A stretch of DNA of 54,460 bases, from positions 1 to 54,460 of the forward strand of contig CAMOSZ010000055.1 of the NCBI GenBank assembly GCA_946625285.1, read 5' to 3'. Made by a program: the position numbers and the translations under genes. How positions within the stretch are numbered: the first letter of the stretch is position 1; each line of letters opens with the position of its first letter. This document shows, one piece after another, positions 1 to 11,152 of the stretch. Source of the stretch: an uncultured Bacillales bacterium (GTDB lineage Bacteria; Bacillota_I; Bacilli_A; RFN20; CAG-826). The notes under the pieces were generated by a model, which was given only the letters and a program-made list of their open reading frames with translations, searched no databases and had not been told where the DNA came from.

Positions 1-1418
1 CCTTCTTGTGTGCGGTAAATCCATTTGAATTCACCTTTACGAACGCTTGCCCACATGGACATTGTCTCTAACGCACTTGCGCCTCTAAATTGATAATCAC
101 GAACGATTCTTCTTAATAATCTTAAGTCAGTAAGACTTAATGGATTGTGGTTATCAATATTGATTTGAGCTTGTGGTGCGATAAAGATTTTGAATTTTTG
201 GTGTTGTGGAATAGATTCAGTCATTCTATCGTTGAGGGCGTGAATACCTTCAATGATGATTGGTTGATTTTCAGGGACTTTGAGTTTACGTCCTGGAACA
301 CGATGACCAGCTTTGAAGTCGAATTTTGGTAATTGAACTTCTTCTCCAGCGATGAGGTCCGCCATATTTTGGTTGAATAATTCAATGTCTAAAGCTTCAA
401 CTGATTCTAAATCTGGTTCGCCATTTTCATCTTTTGGAGCGTTTTCTCTACTTAAGTAGTAATCATCCATAGAAATTCTAATTGGATCAATACCACGGGA
501 GAGCAATTCGATTCTTAATCTGTTTGCGAAGGTCGTTTTTCCACTTGAGGAAGGACCTGCGATACAAATTAAACGAATATTATCAATATCTCCTTCGATG
601 AGTTCGCCTAATTCACATAATTGACGATTGTGTCTTTGCTCACCTAATGTGATGACATCGATATCTCCATCGCATTCAATACGGTGGTTGATGTTAACGA
701 TGCTATCAAATCTAGTGGCAACAGCCCATTCATGGGCTCTCTTTAATGTTTTTCCGAATGTTGGTGAATCTTCAAATTCTGGAATTTCACCTTTGAGTTC
801 TTCTCTTGGATATTGGATTAAAACGCCTGGGTGATAATATCTAATCTTCCATTTGTTAATGTATCCAGTTGATGGAACCATACGGTTGTACATGTAGTTC
901 TTATAACCATTACAGTCGTATAAGTGACATGTTTTTTCAGGACGATAATCTAAAATTTCTAGTTTATCGGTAAAGCCTTCTTTTTCTAAAATTTTTCTAG
1001 CTTCCTCTTTGGATAGAATTGATCTCACGAGAGGATAGTCAGCGGCAATAATGCGATCCATCTCTTCTTTTAATTCTTTAACAAGAGTGTTATTGGCAAC
1101 AACACCTGGCGTAAGAATTTGCATAAATACTGCTCTAGAGATGTTATAGGAGAATCTAACACTTGCTTCTGGGTGGATGTTATGCATTGCCATAGCCACT
1201 AAGAATCTCAAGGATGCTTCATAAGTTTGTTTAGCATCACGGTCTTTTGTGGTTAGTGGGACAACGACTGCGTCCTTTTCCAAAATATATGTAAGTTCTC
1301 TCACTCGATTATTGACATAGGCACAAACGATATTCTTGTCACCGCCAACGATATCAAGCACGCTGACAGGCTTCGAATATGTAGTTTTTTGCCCATTAAA
1401 AGTAATGTTAAATGACAT
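1..1418 (-). CDS. Uridine-kinase-family nucleoside kinase with N-terminal TGS-like domain (partial; 3' end runs off the left edge, so it is missing from the ORF track)
   Basis: Hand translation of the minus strand from ATG at 1416-1418 gives MSFNITFNGQKTTYSKPVSVLDIVGGDKNIVCA. AGGAG lies at 1426-1430, 7 nt upstream. A P-loop ICIAGPSSSGKTTFANRLR is read from about 531-557. The frame stays open to position 1, and the plus-strand ORFs 147-332 and 628-834 are antisense shadows. Confidence 0.7.
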   Translation of the reverse strand, partial: MSFNITFNGQKTTYSKPVSVLDIVGGDKNIVCAYVNNRVRELTYILEKDAVVVPLTTKDRDAKQTYEASLRFLVAMAMHNIHPEASVRFSYNISRAVFMQILTPGVVANNTLVKELKEEMDRIIAADYPLVRSILSKEEARKILEKEGFTDKLEILDYRPEKTCHLYDCNGYKNYMYNRMVPSTGYINKWKIRYYHPGVLIQYPREELKGEIPEFEDSPTFGKTLKRAHEWAVATRFDSIVNINHRIECDGDIDVITLGEQRHNRQLCELGELIEGDIDNIRLICIAGPSSSGKTTFANRLRIELLSRGIDPIRISMDDYYLSRENAPKDENGEPDLESVEALDIELFNQNMADLIAGEEVQLPKFDFKAGHRVPGRKLKVPENQPIIIEGIHALNDRMTESIPQHQKFKIFIAPQAQINIDNHNPLSLTDLRLLRRIVRDYQFRGASALETMSMWASVRKGEFKWIYRTQE

Positions 1419-1585
1419 AACGTTTCTCCTTAAATGTTCGAATGCACAATAATTGTAAGTGATTAGATAGATTTATTCAACGAAATTGTTAGGTTTTACA
1501 TTTAAATGTATCCCTTTTTTCGGTTTTTATTGAATATTATTTTATAAATAAGATAATATTATTTTTGAAATAGGAGATTACATAT

Positions 1586-2788
1586 ATGAAAAACATGGTT
1601 TATATCCAATCAGGAGGACCAACCTCTGTTATTAATACCTCACTCTATGGGGCAATCAAAGAAGCAAAACTTCACCGTGATGAAATCAATCACATCTATG
1701 GTTCACTCAATGGCATTGAAGGAATGATTGATGACAAGCTCATCGACATTGACCAAGAAAGTGATGACCAAATTGAACTTTTGCTTCAAACACCAGGTAG
1801 TATCTTAGGAACAACAAGAAGAAAACTTCCTAAAGATGTACATGACCCAATCTACATGAAGATTGTCGACACCATGAAGAAAAGAGACATTAAATATGTC
1901 TTCGTCAATGGTGGTAACGATTCCATGGATACTTGTAACAAATTATCCATTCTCTGCAATGAATTAAATCTTGATGTCAGAGTTATTGGTGTTCCAAAAA
2001 CTATCGATAACGACTTAGCGTGTACTGACCACTCATTAGGTTTCCCAAGTGCTGCTAAATTTGTTATTAACACCGTTAATGCATTAAGCATGGATGCTTG
2101 CTGCTTCAAAGTCGGAAAGATTCACGTCGTTGAAGTTATGGGTAGAAACGCTGGATGGTTAACTGCTGCCGCTGATTTACTTCCAGAACAAACTAGACCT
2201 CACTTAATTTACATCCCAGAAAACAAATTTGATTTAGAGCAATTCTTGGTGGATGTTAAGAAAGTCTATGACACCAAAGGATACGCGATGGTTTGTATCT
2301 CTGAAGGTATCGAATTTGAAAGAAGCAATAAGAACACCCGTGTTGATGGCTTTGGCCACGCTCAACTCGGTGGTGCTGCTGCTGGATTATGTGAAATTAT
2401 TGAAAATAGGCTCAACTTACCAACTAGACCAGTTGAATTCTCTTTAACTCAAAGAGCATGTCCACTCGCTATTAGTAAGGTTGATAGAGAAGAAGCAATC
2501 GAAACCGGAAAAAGAGCAGTTAAGGCTGCCTTAGAAGGTGTTACAGGAAAGATGGTTATCTTCAAGAGAGTTAGCCAAAACCCATATAAGATTGACTTAG
2601 AATTAGCAGACTTATCATTAGTCGCTAACGCTGAAAGTGTCATCAAACCATCAATGATGGTTGATGCCACAAGAATGTCTCAAGAGTTCAGAGACTATGT
2701 TGCACCTCTTATTGAAGGCGAAGTTGAACTCAAAACTGAACACGGTATTGTCACAATGGCAAACTGGAAGAAAGTGTTAGTTAAATAA
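1586..2788 (+). CDS. pfp: Pyrophosphate-dependent 6-phosphofructokinase (PPi-PFK type)
   Basis: PFK family motifs MGRNAGWL and TIDND are present. GGNDS replaces GGDGS and PKTIDND replaces PGTIDND, i.e. Asp and Lys at the two donor-specificity positions (E. coli 104/124). SD GGAG is upstream. Confidence 0.8.
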   Translation: MKNMVYIQSGGPTSVINTSLYGAIKEAKLHRDEINHIYGSLNGIEGMIDDKLIDIDQESDDQIELLLQTPGSILGTTRRKLPKDVHDPIYMKIVDTMKKRDIKYVFVNGGNDSMDTCNKLSILCNELNLDVRVIGVPKTIDNDLACTDHSLGFPSAAKFVINTVNALSMDACCFKVGKIHVVEVMGRNAGWLTAAADLLPEQTRPHLIYIPENKFDLEQFLVDVKKVYDTKGYAMVCISEGIEFERSNKNTRVDGFGHAQLGGAAAGLCEIIENRLNLPTRPVEFSLTQRACPLAISKVDREEAIETGKRAVKAALEGVTGKMVIFKRVSQNPYKIDLELADLSLVANAESVIKPSMMVDATRMSQEFRDYVAPLIEGEVELKTEHGIVTMANWKKVLVK

Positions 2789-3183
2789 TGAATTATTTAA
2801 GAAAGCTTGAACGCAATCTCTTAACTTCGATAATCGTTGCTATCGTTTCTATATTAGGATTTATAGCGTCGAGCTTTCTTATTATTTCCGAGAACAAAGA
2901 TATCCCTTTAGGGTTTCTTCTTTCAGGAGGAGTGATTGGAGGTTTATATCTAATTGCTCACTTATTGACTAGCAAGGATGATGAAAAATCATCAAATGTT
3001 AGATCAATTATCTCAATCATCATTAGATTTGTTGTCCTCGTAGCAACGGTCATCCTTTTAGGATTTGCATATTACGTTTGGGACTTTAAATATTTCAATG
3101 TATTTGTTTTCTTTGGAGTATACACCTTTGGTGTTATCTTCTTTGTTACATCTCACATTTTCTTAAAAGAAAGAAAGGAATAA
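2788..3183 (+). CDS. atpI: Small polytopic membrane protein, AtpI-like (ATP synthase protein I)
   Basis: 131 aa with about 4 hydrophobic helices, sitting directly upstream of atpB. Its start overlaps the pfp stop (TAATG at 2786-2790). Confidence 0.55.
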   Translation: MNYLRKLERNLLTSIIVAIVSILGFIASSFLIISENKDIPLGFLLSGGVIGGLYLIAHLLTSKDDEKSSNVRSIISIIIRFVVLVATVILLGFAYYVWDFKYFNVFVFFGVYTFGVIFFVTSHIFLKERKE

Positions 3184-3184
3184 T

Positions 3185-3973
3185 ATGGTCAACCTAGTTC
3201 TCACTGAAGAAACTGGTTTTGATATCGCAGGGGCCTTTTTGGATACTTCAAAAGGGTTATCCGGAGAAACGATATCATCTTTAATCATAGTTGGCATTTT
3301 ATGTCTTCTTTCTTTATACATTGCGATAAGAGCACATTTCCAAGATCCACTTAAAAAACCGAAAGGTATTCTTTTACTAGCGGAGATTGGAGTTAATTTC
3401 TTTGATAATTTAGTCGAGACCTTGATGGGCAAATATTACCGTGGCTTTGGAGGCTTTATTTTAGCGATTGCTTGCTATTTATTTATCGCATTTATTTGGG
3501 GTCTTACTGGTTTACCATCTCCAGTAACTTATTTAGCCACTCCATTATCACTAGGCTTAATTACATTTGTCTTAATCCACGCTAACGCGGTGAGATTCAA
3601 TAAACTTAAATATTTCAAACGTTATGTTGAACCTCTTCCATTTTTCTTACCAGTAAACCTTATTTCGATGTGGGCACCTTTACTTTCCCTCACCATGCGT
3701 TTATTTGGTAATGCTTTAGCGGGTTGGACATTAATGACTTTGATTTATGGAGCTTTTGGTAGTATAGGTAATGTCATCTTTGAAGCGGCAGATCAAGCTT
3801 TAAAAGTTGGAGGAGTTATTGCTCCGTTTATTACCCCAGCGTTACACGCTTACTTTGATTTATTCTCTGGACTGATTCAAACAGTCGTTTTCCTTTTCTT
3901 ATCAATGATTTTCATTGCAAATGAAGGACCAGAGGATGATATAGATGAATTTTCAGTGAAAGGAGGAAGATAG
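3185..3973 (+). CDS. atpB: F0F1 ATP synthase subunit a
   Basis: Conserved stator motif MRLFGNALAGW with the essential Arg. Polytopic, at the expected operon position. Confidence 0.9.
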   Translation: MVNLVLTEETGFDIAGAFLDTSKGLSGETISSLIIVGILCLLSLYIAIRAHFQDPLKKPKGILLLAEIGVNFFDNLVETLMGKYYRGFGGFILAIACYLFIAFIWGLTGLPSPVTYLATPLSLGLITFVLIHANAVRFNKLKYFKRYVEPLPFFLPVNLISMWAPLLSLTMRLFGNALAGWTLMTLIYGAFGSIGNVIFEAADQALKVGGVIAPFITPALHAYFDLFSGLIQTVVFLFLSMIFIANEGPEDDIDEFSVKGGR

Positions 3974-3974
3974 A

Positions 3975-4190
3975 ATGGGAAACGCATTAGCAGCCGCAAT
4001 CGCCATTTTAGCAGTTATGCCATCAGCCTTAGGTGAAGCATTTGTTTGTATGAAGACAGTCGATGGAATGAGCAGAAATCCAGAAATGTATTCTAAACTT
4101 AGAACAAACATGATTCTTGCCTGTGCGCTTGTTGAAACAACCGCTATTTACGCCCTTTTAGTGGCAATCTTAATTATTTTCGTCGCGTAG
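3975..4190 (+). CDS. atpE: F0F1 ATP synthase subunit c
   Basis: 71-aa helical hairpin with an RNPE loop and the ion-binding Glu in LVETTAIY. Strong SD AGGAGGAAG upstream. Confidence 0.9.
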   Translation: MGNALAAAIAILAVMPSALGEAFVCMKTVDGMSRNPEMYSKLRTNMILACALVETTAIYALLVAILIIFVA

Positions 4191-4203
4191 TAAGGAGGAC
4201 TAA

Positions 4204-4788
4204 ATGAGAAAGAGAAAAATACTTTTCTTGTTACCATTAGCTAGCTTATTAACTAGCTGTAGTGGAGAAGAGCTCGGATTAACGAGTGAATCTTTTACTA
4301 GTAAACTCATTCCTAACTGGCCAAGCTTTGTTACCCAGTTAGCAGCTTTAGTCGTCCTTATTATTGTCGTCATTGTCTTTGCTTATAAACCTGTAAAGAA
4401 GATTCTTAAAAAGAGACAAGACCATATTGAAGAAAATATTAAGGAAGCTGAAAAGAGTAAGTTAGTCTGGCAAGAAAATGAACTCAAATCAAAAGAAACA
4501 GTCCTTGCAAGCGAAAGGACGGCGGCGGATATCGTTGCCGAAGCGAAGAAAGCAGCAGAAAAAGAAAAAGCTGCCATTTTGGAAACCACTCAACTAGAAG
4601 TTAACAAGATGAAAAGCGACGCTGAAAACGATATAGCTCGTATGGAAATCGAAGCACAAGAACAAATCAAAAAAGAGATTGTCTCTGTCGCTTTAGATGC
4701 ATCAAAAGAGTTACTTGGAAGAGAAGTATCTTCTAAAGACAATGTCCGTTTAGTTGAAGATTTTATCGAGGAAGTTAAGAAGAATTAA
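4204..4788 (+). CDS. atpF: F0F1 ATP synthase subunit b with N-terminal lipoprotein-type signal (lipobox LTSC)
   Basis: Signal peptide MRKRKILFLLPLASLLTSC, then a TM helix and a long charged coiled coil typical of b subunits. SD AAGGAGG upstream. Confidence 0.85.
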   Translation: MRKRKILFLLPLASLLTSCSGEELGLTSESFTSKLIPNWPSFVTQLAALVVLIIVVIVFAYKPVKKILKKRQDHIEENIKEAEKSKLVWQENELKSKETVLASERTAADIVAEAKKAAEKEKAAILETTQLEVNKMKSDAENDIARMEIEAQEQIKKEIVSVALDASKELLGREVSSKDNVRLVEDFIEEVKKN

Positions 4789-4790
4789 TT

Positions 4791-5318
4791 ATGAAAGAAA
4801 TCACTTCACGTTATGCGGAAGCTCTCTATTCTTTAAAAAGAGATTCTAATTCTTTAGAAAAAACTCAAGAAGAGATTAGAGAATTAAAGAAGGTTTTCTT
4901 AGAAAACCCTGATTTCATTGTGATTTTAGATTCTTCTTACAAAACCATTGAAGAAAAAATCGAAATCATCGATAAGACACTCGTTGGAGTGGATGAAGAA
5001 ATTAAGAATTTACTTAAAGTCATCATTCGAAACCATAGAGCGAGATATATCATTGAGATTTTTGATGGATTCATTTCTTTAGTAAACGAACATCGTGGAG
5101 TTATCGAAGGCTTAGTTTATTCAACTGAAAAATTATCTGACGAACAGTTAGAGAAATTAAACCTCGCAATTAGCAAAGTAGAAAAACGGCCTACTGAACT
5201 TAGAAACATCATTGACCCAAACCTCATTGGAGGAGTCAAAGTCGTTATTAATGATCATATTTACGATGGCAGTATTAAGCACCACATCGAAAATATGAAA
5301 AATTCCTTAATCAAATAG
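4791..5318 (+). CDS. atpH: F0F1 ATP synthase subunit delta
   Basis: 175 aa with OSCP-like N-terminus (RYAEALYSL), positioned between atpF and atpA. Confidence 0.85.
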   Translation: MKEITSRYAEALYSLKRDSNSLEKTQEEIRELKKVFLENPDFIVILDSSYKTIEEKIEIIDKTLVGVDEEIKNLLKVIIRNHRARYIIEIFDGFISLVNEHRGVIEGLVYSTEKLSDEQLEKLNLAISKVEKRPTELRNIIDPNLIGGVKVVINDHIYDGSIKHHIENMKNSLIK

Positions 5319-5329
5319 GAGGTTCGAAT

Positions 5330-6835
5330 ATGAAATTAAAGACGAACGAGATTAGTGCTTTAATTAAAGAACAAATTAAAAATTACCACCGTGAAATTGA
5401 TAGCAGTGATGTCGGAACAGTTATTACTGTTGGTGACGGAATTGCCCTAGTTTATGGCTTAAGCAAAGCTATGCTTGGTGAGCTTTTATTATTCCCAAAT
5501 GATATCTATGGCTTAGTTATGAATTTAGAAGTTGATCACGTTGGTGCTGTTTTATTAGGTGATGATTCTTTAATTAAAGAAGGAGACGAAGTCAAACGTA
5601 CAAAGAAAGTTATGGAAGTCCCTGTTGGCGACGAATTACTTGGTAGAGTAGTTAACGCTTTAGGACAACCAATTGATGGACTTGGTCCAATAAATACTAC
5701 TAAAGTACGTCCTATCGAAGTTATCGCTCCTGGTGTTATCACTCGTAAGAGTGTTGACACTCCACTAGAAACTGGTATCACAATGATTGATGCCATTACT
5801 CCTATTGGTAGAGGACAAAGAGAACTTATCATCGGTGACCGTCAAACCGGAAAAACCGCGATTGCAATTGACACAATCATCAATCAAAAAGGTAAGGATG
5901 TTCTTTGCATTTATGTTGCAATTGGACAAAAGAATTCAACGGTTGCTCAAATCGTTGATAAGCTTAAGAGCCATGATGCGATGAGTTACACCCTTGTTGT
6001 TAGCGCGACCGCTAGTGAACCTGCCCCTATGCTATATGTTGCTCCTTATAGTGGAGTTGCTATGGCAGAAGAATGGATGCACCAAGGAAAAGATGTCTTA
6101 ATCGTCTATGACGATTTAAGTAAACACGCCGTTAGCTATCGTACCTTATCTCTTTTACTTAAGAGATCCCCAGGTAGAGAAGCTTATCCAGGAGATGTTT
6201 TCTATCTCCATTCAAGATTACTTGAAAGAGCGTGTAAATTAGACGAAAAATATGGTGGTGGTAGTATTACCGCTTTACCAATCGTTGAAACTCAATCTGG
6301 TGATATCAGTGCCTATATTCCTACAAACGTCATCTCTATTACTGATGGACAAATTTTCTTAGTCACTGATTTATTTAACGCTGGTCAGAGACCAGCAATT
6401 GACGCTGGCTTATCCGTTAGCCGTGTCGGTGGAGCCGCTCAAACTAAAGCGATGAAGCAAGTTGCGAGAAGCTTAAAAATTGATTTAGCAAGCTTTAATG
6501 AAATGAAATCCTTCTCTCAATTTGGAAGCGACTTAGATGCTTCTACTGTCGCAATCTTAAAACACGGCGAAGCTTTGCTTGAAGTCTTAAAACAACCTCA
6601 ATATAGTCCATATCCACTAGAGAAAGAAATCTTCTATCTCTTTATGGCTAAAAACAAATATCTCGATAATCTTCCTAAATCAAAGATTAGCGAATATTTA
6701 GCAAGTGTCTATGAATACGTTAATAATTCAAATAAGAAGCTATTAGATAGCATTGCTAGTAAAAAAGAAATCACTAATGAAGTTGAAAACAAATTAGTTG
6801 AACTTATTAACAAATATAACGAAATGCACGAATAG
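5330..6835 (+). CDS. atpA: F0F1 ATP synthase subunit alpha
   Basis: Walker [12 protein letters not shown] and strong alpha-subunit similarity throughout. Confidence 0.97.
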   Translation: MKLKTNEISALIKEQIKNYHREIDSSDVGTVITVGDGIALVYGLSKAMLGELLLFPNDIYGLVMNLEVDHVGAVLLGDDSLIKEGDEVKRTKKVMEVPVGDELLGRVVNALGQPIDGLGPINTTKVRPIEVIAPGVITRKSVDTPLETGITMIDAITPIGRGQRELIIGDRQTGKTAIAIDTIINQKGKDVLCIYVAIGQKNSTVAQIVDKLKSHDAMSYTLVVSATASEPAPMLYVAPYSGVAMAEEWMHQGKDVLIVYDDLSKHAVSYRTLSLLLKRSPGREAYPGDVFYLHSRLLERACKLDEKYGGGSITALPIVETQSGDISAYIPTNVISITDGQIFLVTDLFNAGQRPAIDAGLSVSRVGGAAQTKAMKQVARSLKIDLASFNEMKSFSQFGSDLDASTVAILKHGEALLEVLKQPQYSPYPLEKEIFYLFMAKNKYLDNLPKSKISEYLASVYEYVNNSNKKLLDSIASKKEITNEVENKLVELINKYNEMHE

Positions 6836-6842
6836 GTAATTT

Positions 6843-9110
<2,268 letters not shown>

Positions 9111-9111
<1 letters not shown>

Positions 9112-9518
9112 TGGATAAAACTTTTAAAGTTACAATCTATACACCTTACGGACTTTACTTAAACACTGAAGCCGATTTTTTGTCGACCACTTCAGCGGTT
9201 GGAGTAATTGGAATTCTTCCAAATCACGCTCCTCTTATTTCTACTTTAGAAATATCTAAACTCATAATTAGAAGAGGAAGTGATGAGAAGCTTTACGCCA
9301 GTGGAGGTGGGGTTATTAACATTAAAAAAGACCATTCAGTAACTTTGTTACTGGAATCTATCGAAAGACAAGATGAAATCAACCTCGAACGCGCTCTTGC
9401 TTCTAAAAAAAGAGCTGAGGAAAGACTTAGCGAAAAAATTGATGAAATTGACGTTAAGCGTGCAAAGGCAAGTTTACTTCGTGCATTGAATCGTATTAAC
9501 GTTAGTGATAAAAATTAA
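9111..9518 (+). CDS. atpC: F0F1 ATP synthase subunit epsilon
   Basis: 135 aa with a beta-sandwich plus helical hairpin pattern. Start overlaps the atpD stop (TAATG). Confidence 0.9.
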
Positions 9519-9533
9519 ATAGGAGGATATCTT

Positions 9534-10094
9534 ATGCACCCATGGCATGATGTCAAGGCTTCTAGAGTGACGCCTGATCGCTTTTTAGCGCTTATTGAAA
9601 TCTCTAAAGCTAGTAAAAACAAATATGAACTTGATAAGGAAACTGGTCACTTAATGCTTGACCGTGTTTTGTTCACAAGTACTCACTATCCACAAAACTA
9701 TGGATTTATTCCTAGAACTTACGCAAGAGACTATGACCCTCTTGATGTCTTAGTCCTTTGTAGTGAATCGATTATTCCAATGAGTTTTGTTGAATGTAAA
9801 CCAATCGGAGTTCTTATCATGAAAGATAACGGCTTATTCGATGAAAAGATTATTGCCGTTCCACTTAATGATCCATTCTACTCCCCATACGATAACATCA
9901 CTGATATTCCTTCTCATATCATGGATGAAATCAAACACTTCTTCGCAGTGTATAAAACCTTAGAAGGAAAATCTACCGCGATTGACGAAGTCAAAGACGT
10001 AGAAGCTGCTAAAGAGATTATCGCTGATTGTATTAAAGAATATAAGGCGATTATTGAACCAAAATATTTAGCAGAACGTAGGGCTAGAGGATAA
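9534..10094 (+). CDS. ppa: Inorganic pyrophosphatase, family I (soluble)
   Basis: Motifs NKYELDKETG, YPQNYGFIP and DPLDVLVL. SD AGGAGG upstream. Confidence 0.92.
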   Translation: MHPWHDVKASRVTPDRFLALIEISKASKNKYELDKETGHLMLDRVLFTSTHYPQNYGFIPRTYARDYDPLDVLVLCSESIIPMSFVECKPIGVLIMKDNGLFDEKIIAVPLNDPFYSPYDNITDIPSHIMDEIKHFFAVYKTLEGKSTAIDEVKDVEAAKEIIADCIKEYKAIIEPKYLAERRARG

Positions 10095-10096
10095 AG

Positions 10097-10636
10097 ATGA
10101 TTCACATCGTCTTATATCGACCAGAAAAACCACAAAATACAGGGAACATAATGAGAACATGTGTTGCGATTAACGCAACACTGGACATCATTGGTCCCCT
10201 CTCTTTTTCTTTGGATGAGAAAGCTCTCAAAAGAGCAGGGATGGATTATATAGAGAGTTTGAAATGGAATTATTATCCAGATTATGAATCCTATTTAAAA
10301 GCGTATCCAAATGCGGATACATATTATGTGACTAGATATTCAAACAAAGTCTATTCAACATTCGATTTTGCTTCCTCTATATATAAAGACATTTTCTTAA
10401 TGTTTGGCAGAGAATCTACAGGAATTCCTCATGATATCCTTAGAGCTAATCCAAACCGATTATTAAGAATTCCAATGGTCCCAGAAGCAAGGAGCTTAAA
10501 TCTATCTAACTCGGTAGCGATCGTGGTCTATGAAGTATTAAGGCAACAGAAGTTTTTAAACCTCTCAACTTCAGAAGCGATTAAAGGTGAAGATTTCTTA
10601 ATTAATGAAGCAAAAAATAACAAAAAAATTATTTGA
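10097..10636 (+). CDS. trmL: tRNA (cytidine/uridine-2'-O-)-methyltransferase TrmL (SpoU/TrmH family)
   Basis: N-terminus IVLYRPEKPQNTGNIMRTC, plus FGRESTG and LNLSNSVAIVVYE knot motifs. Confidence 0.85.
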   Translation: MIHIVLYRPEKPQNTGNIMRTCVAINATLDIIGPLSFSLDEKALKRAGMDYIESLKWNYYPDYESYLKAYPNADTYYVTRYSNKVYSTFDFASSIYKDIFLMFGRESTGIPHDILRANPNRLLRIPMVPEARSLNLSNSVAIVVYEVLRQQKFLNLSTSEAIKGEDFLINEAKNNKKII

Positions 10637-10694
10637 AGTGTCAAAAAATAGCACTTATATATACTCAAGGTATATATAAAAGAAAAAATATAAT

Positions 10695-10728
10695 AAATCC
10701 AGAATAAAAAAATATTTTGGATTTTTTT
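10695..10728 (+). terminator. Weak intrinsic terminator candidate after trmL
   Basis: AAATCCA (10695-10701) pairs with TGGATTT (10718-10724) and is followed by a T run. The stem is AT-rich and the loop is 16 nt, so support is modest. Confidence 0.35.
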
Positions 10729-10732
10729 ATTA

Positions 10733-10757
10733 TTATTTATTACAAAGTAATAAATAA
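10733..10757. repeat. Perfect 11-bp inverted repeat, 3-nt spacer (TTATTTATTAC AAA GTAATAAATAA)
   Basis: Read directly from the sequence. It lies 19 bp upstream of the -35 element of the orphan small gene. Confidence 0.6.
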
Positions 10758-10775
10758 AAAAGTTGAGCAAATCTA

Positions 10776-10803
10776 TTGACTTATTTTAAAAAAGGAATAG
10801 AAT
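10776..10803 (+). promoter_or_regulatory. Sigma-A-type promoter candidate for the 74-aa orphan gene
   Basis: TTGACT (10776-10781), 16-nt spacer, TAGAAT (10798-10803). Confidence 0.5.
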
Positions 10804-10809
10804 ATATGC

Positions 10810-10869
10810 GTCATTGGAAATACCTCGCGTCCCAAGTACGACGTTAAACTGCTGAATGGAGGTATTGAC
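10810..10869 (+). promoter_or_regulatory. Structured 5' UTR able to sequester the Shine-Dalgarno sequence
   Basis: AATACCTC (10819-10826) is the exact complement of GAGGTATT (10859-10866), which overlaps SD GGAGG (10858-10862). An inner hairpin GCGTC/GACGT spans 10827-10844. GTC (10810-10812) can pair with GAC (10867-10869). Confidence 0.4.
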
Positions 10870-11094
10870 ATGAACTATTATGAACTCACTGCCGTAGTTG
10901 ACGGCGAAGACATCAGGTTGAGAAAGAATATTTTCCGTAGTAGAGATGATGCGATCAATTACATGTTCAAATACTATAGAAATCATTACTTATTCAACTT
11001 GCAAGTTGAGGATGAATACGCGGTAAGCGGTAACAAACACTGCATTGAATATATCTGTGATACATACAATAGATTCACAGTTGCACGTATCTAA
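10870..11094 (+). CDS. Hypothetical small protein (74 aa), no family recognised
   Basis: ORF with GGAGG 7 nt upstream of the ATG, its own promoter and a downstream terminator. Confidence 0.6.
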   Translation: MNYYELTAVVDGEDIRLRKNIFRSRDDAINYMFKYYRNHYLFNLQVEDEYAVSGNKHCIEYICDTYNRFTVARI

Positions 11095-11121
11095 GCGTAT
11101 TCAAATAATTATTATAATGAT

Positions 11122-11150
11122 AAGCCCAGCATTTGCCGGGCTTTTACTTT
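11122..11150. terminator. Intrinsic terminator between convergent genes
   Basis: AAGCCCAGC / GCCGGGCTT stem with one mismatch and an ATTT loop, followed by TTTACTTT on the plus strand. It sits between the 74-aa gene and the rqcH 3' end. Confidence 0.7.
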
Positions 11151-11152
11151 GC

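Noticed and set aside
147-834. Plus-strand ORFs 147-332 and 628-834.
   Set aside because: They are antisense shadows of the long minus-strand TGS/uridine-kinase-family gene (1-1418). That gene is missing from the track only because its stop lies outside the window.
10733-10757. The AT-only 11-bp inverted repeat as the trmL operon terminator.
   Set aside because: No U-run follows it on either strand and the stem is all A-T. It is more likely an operator-like or incidental palindrome. The weaker hairpin plus T-run at 10695-10728 fits a terminator better.
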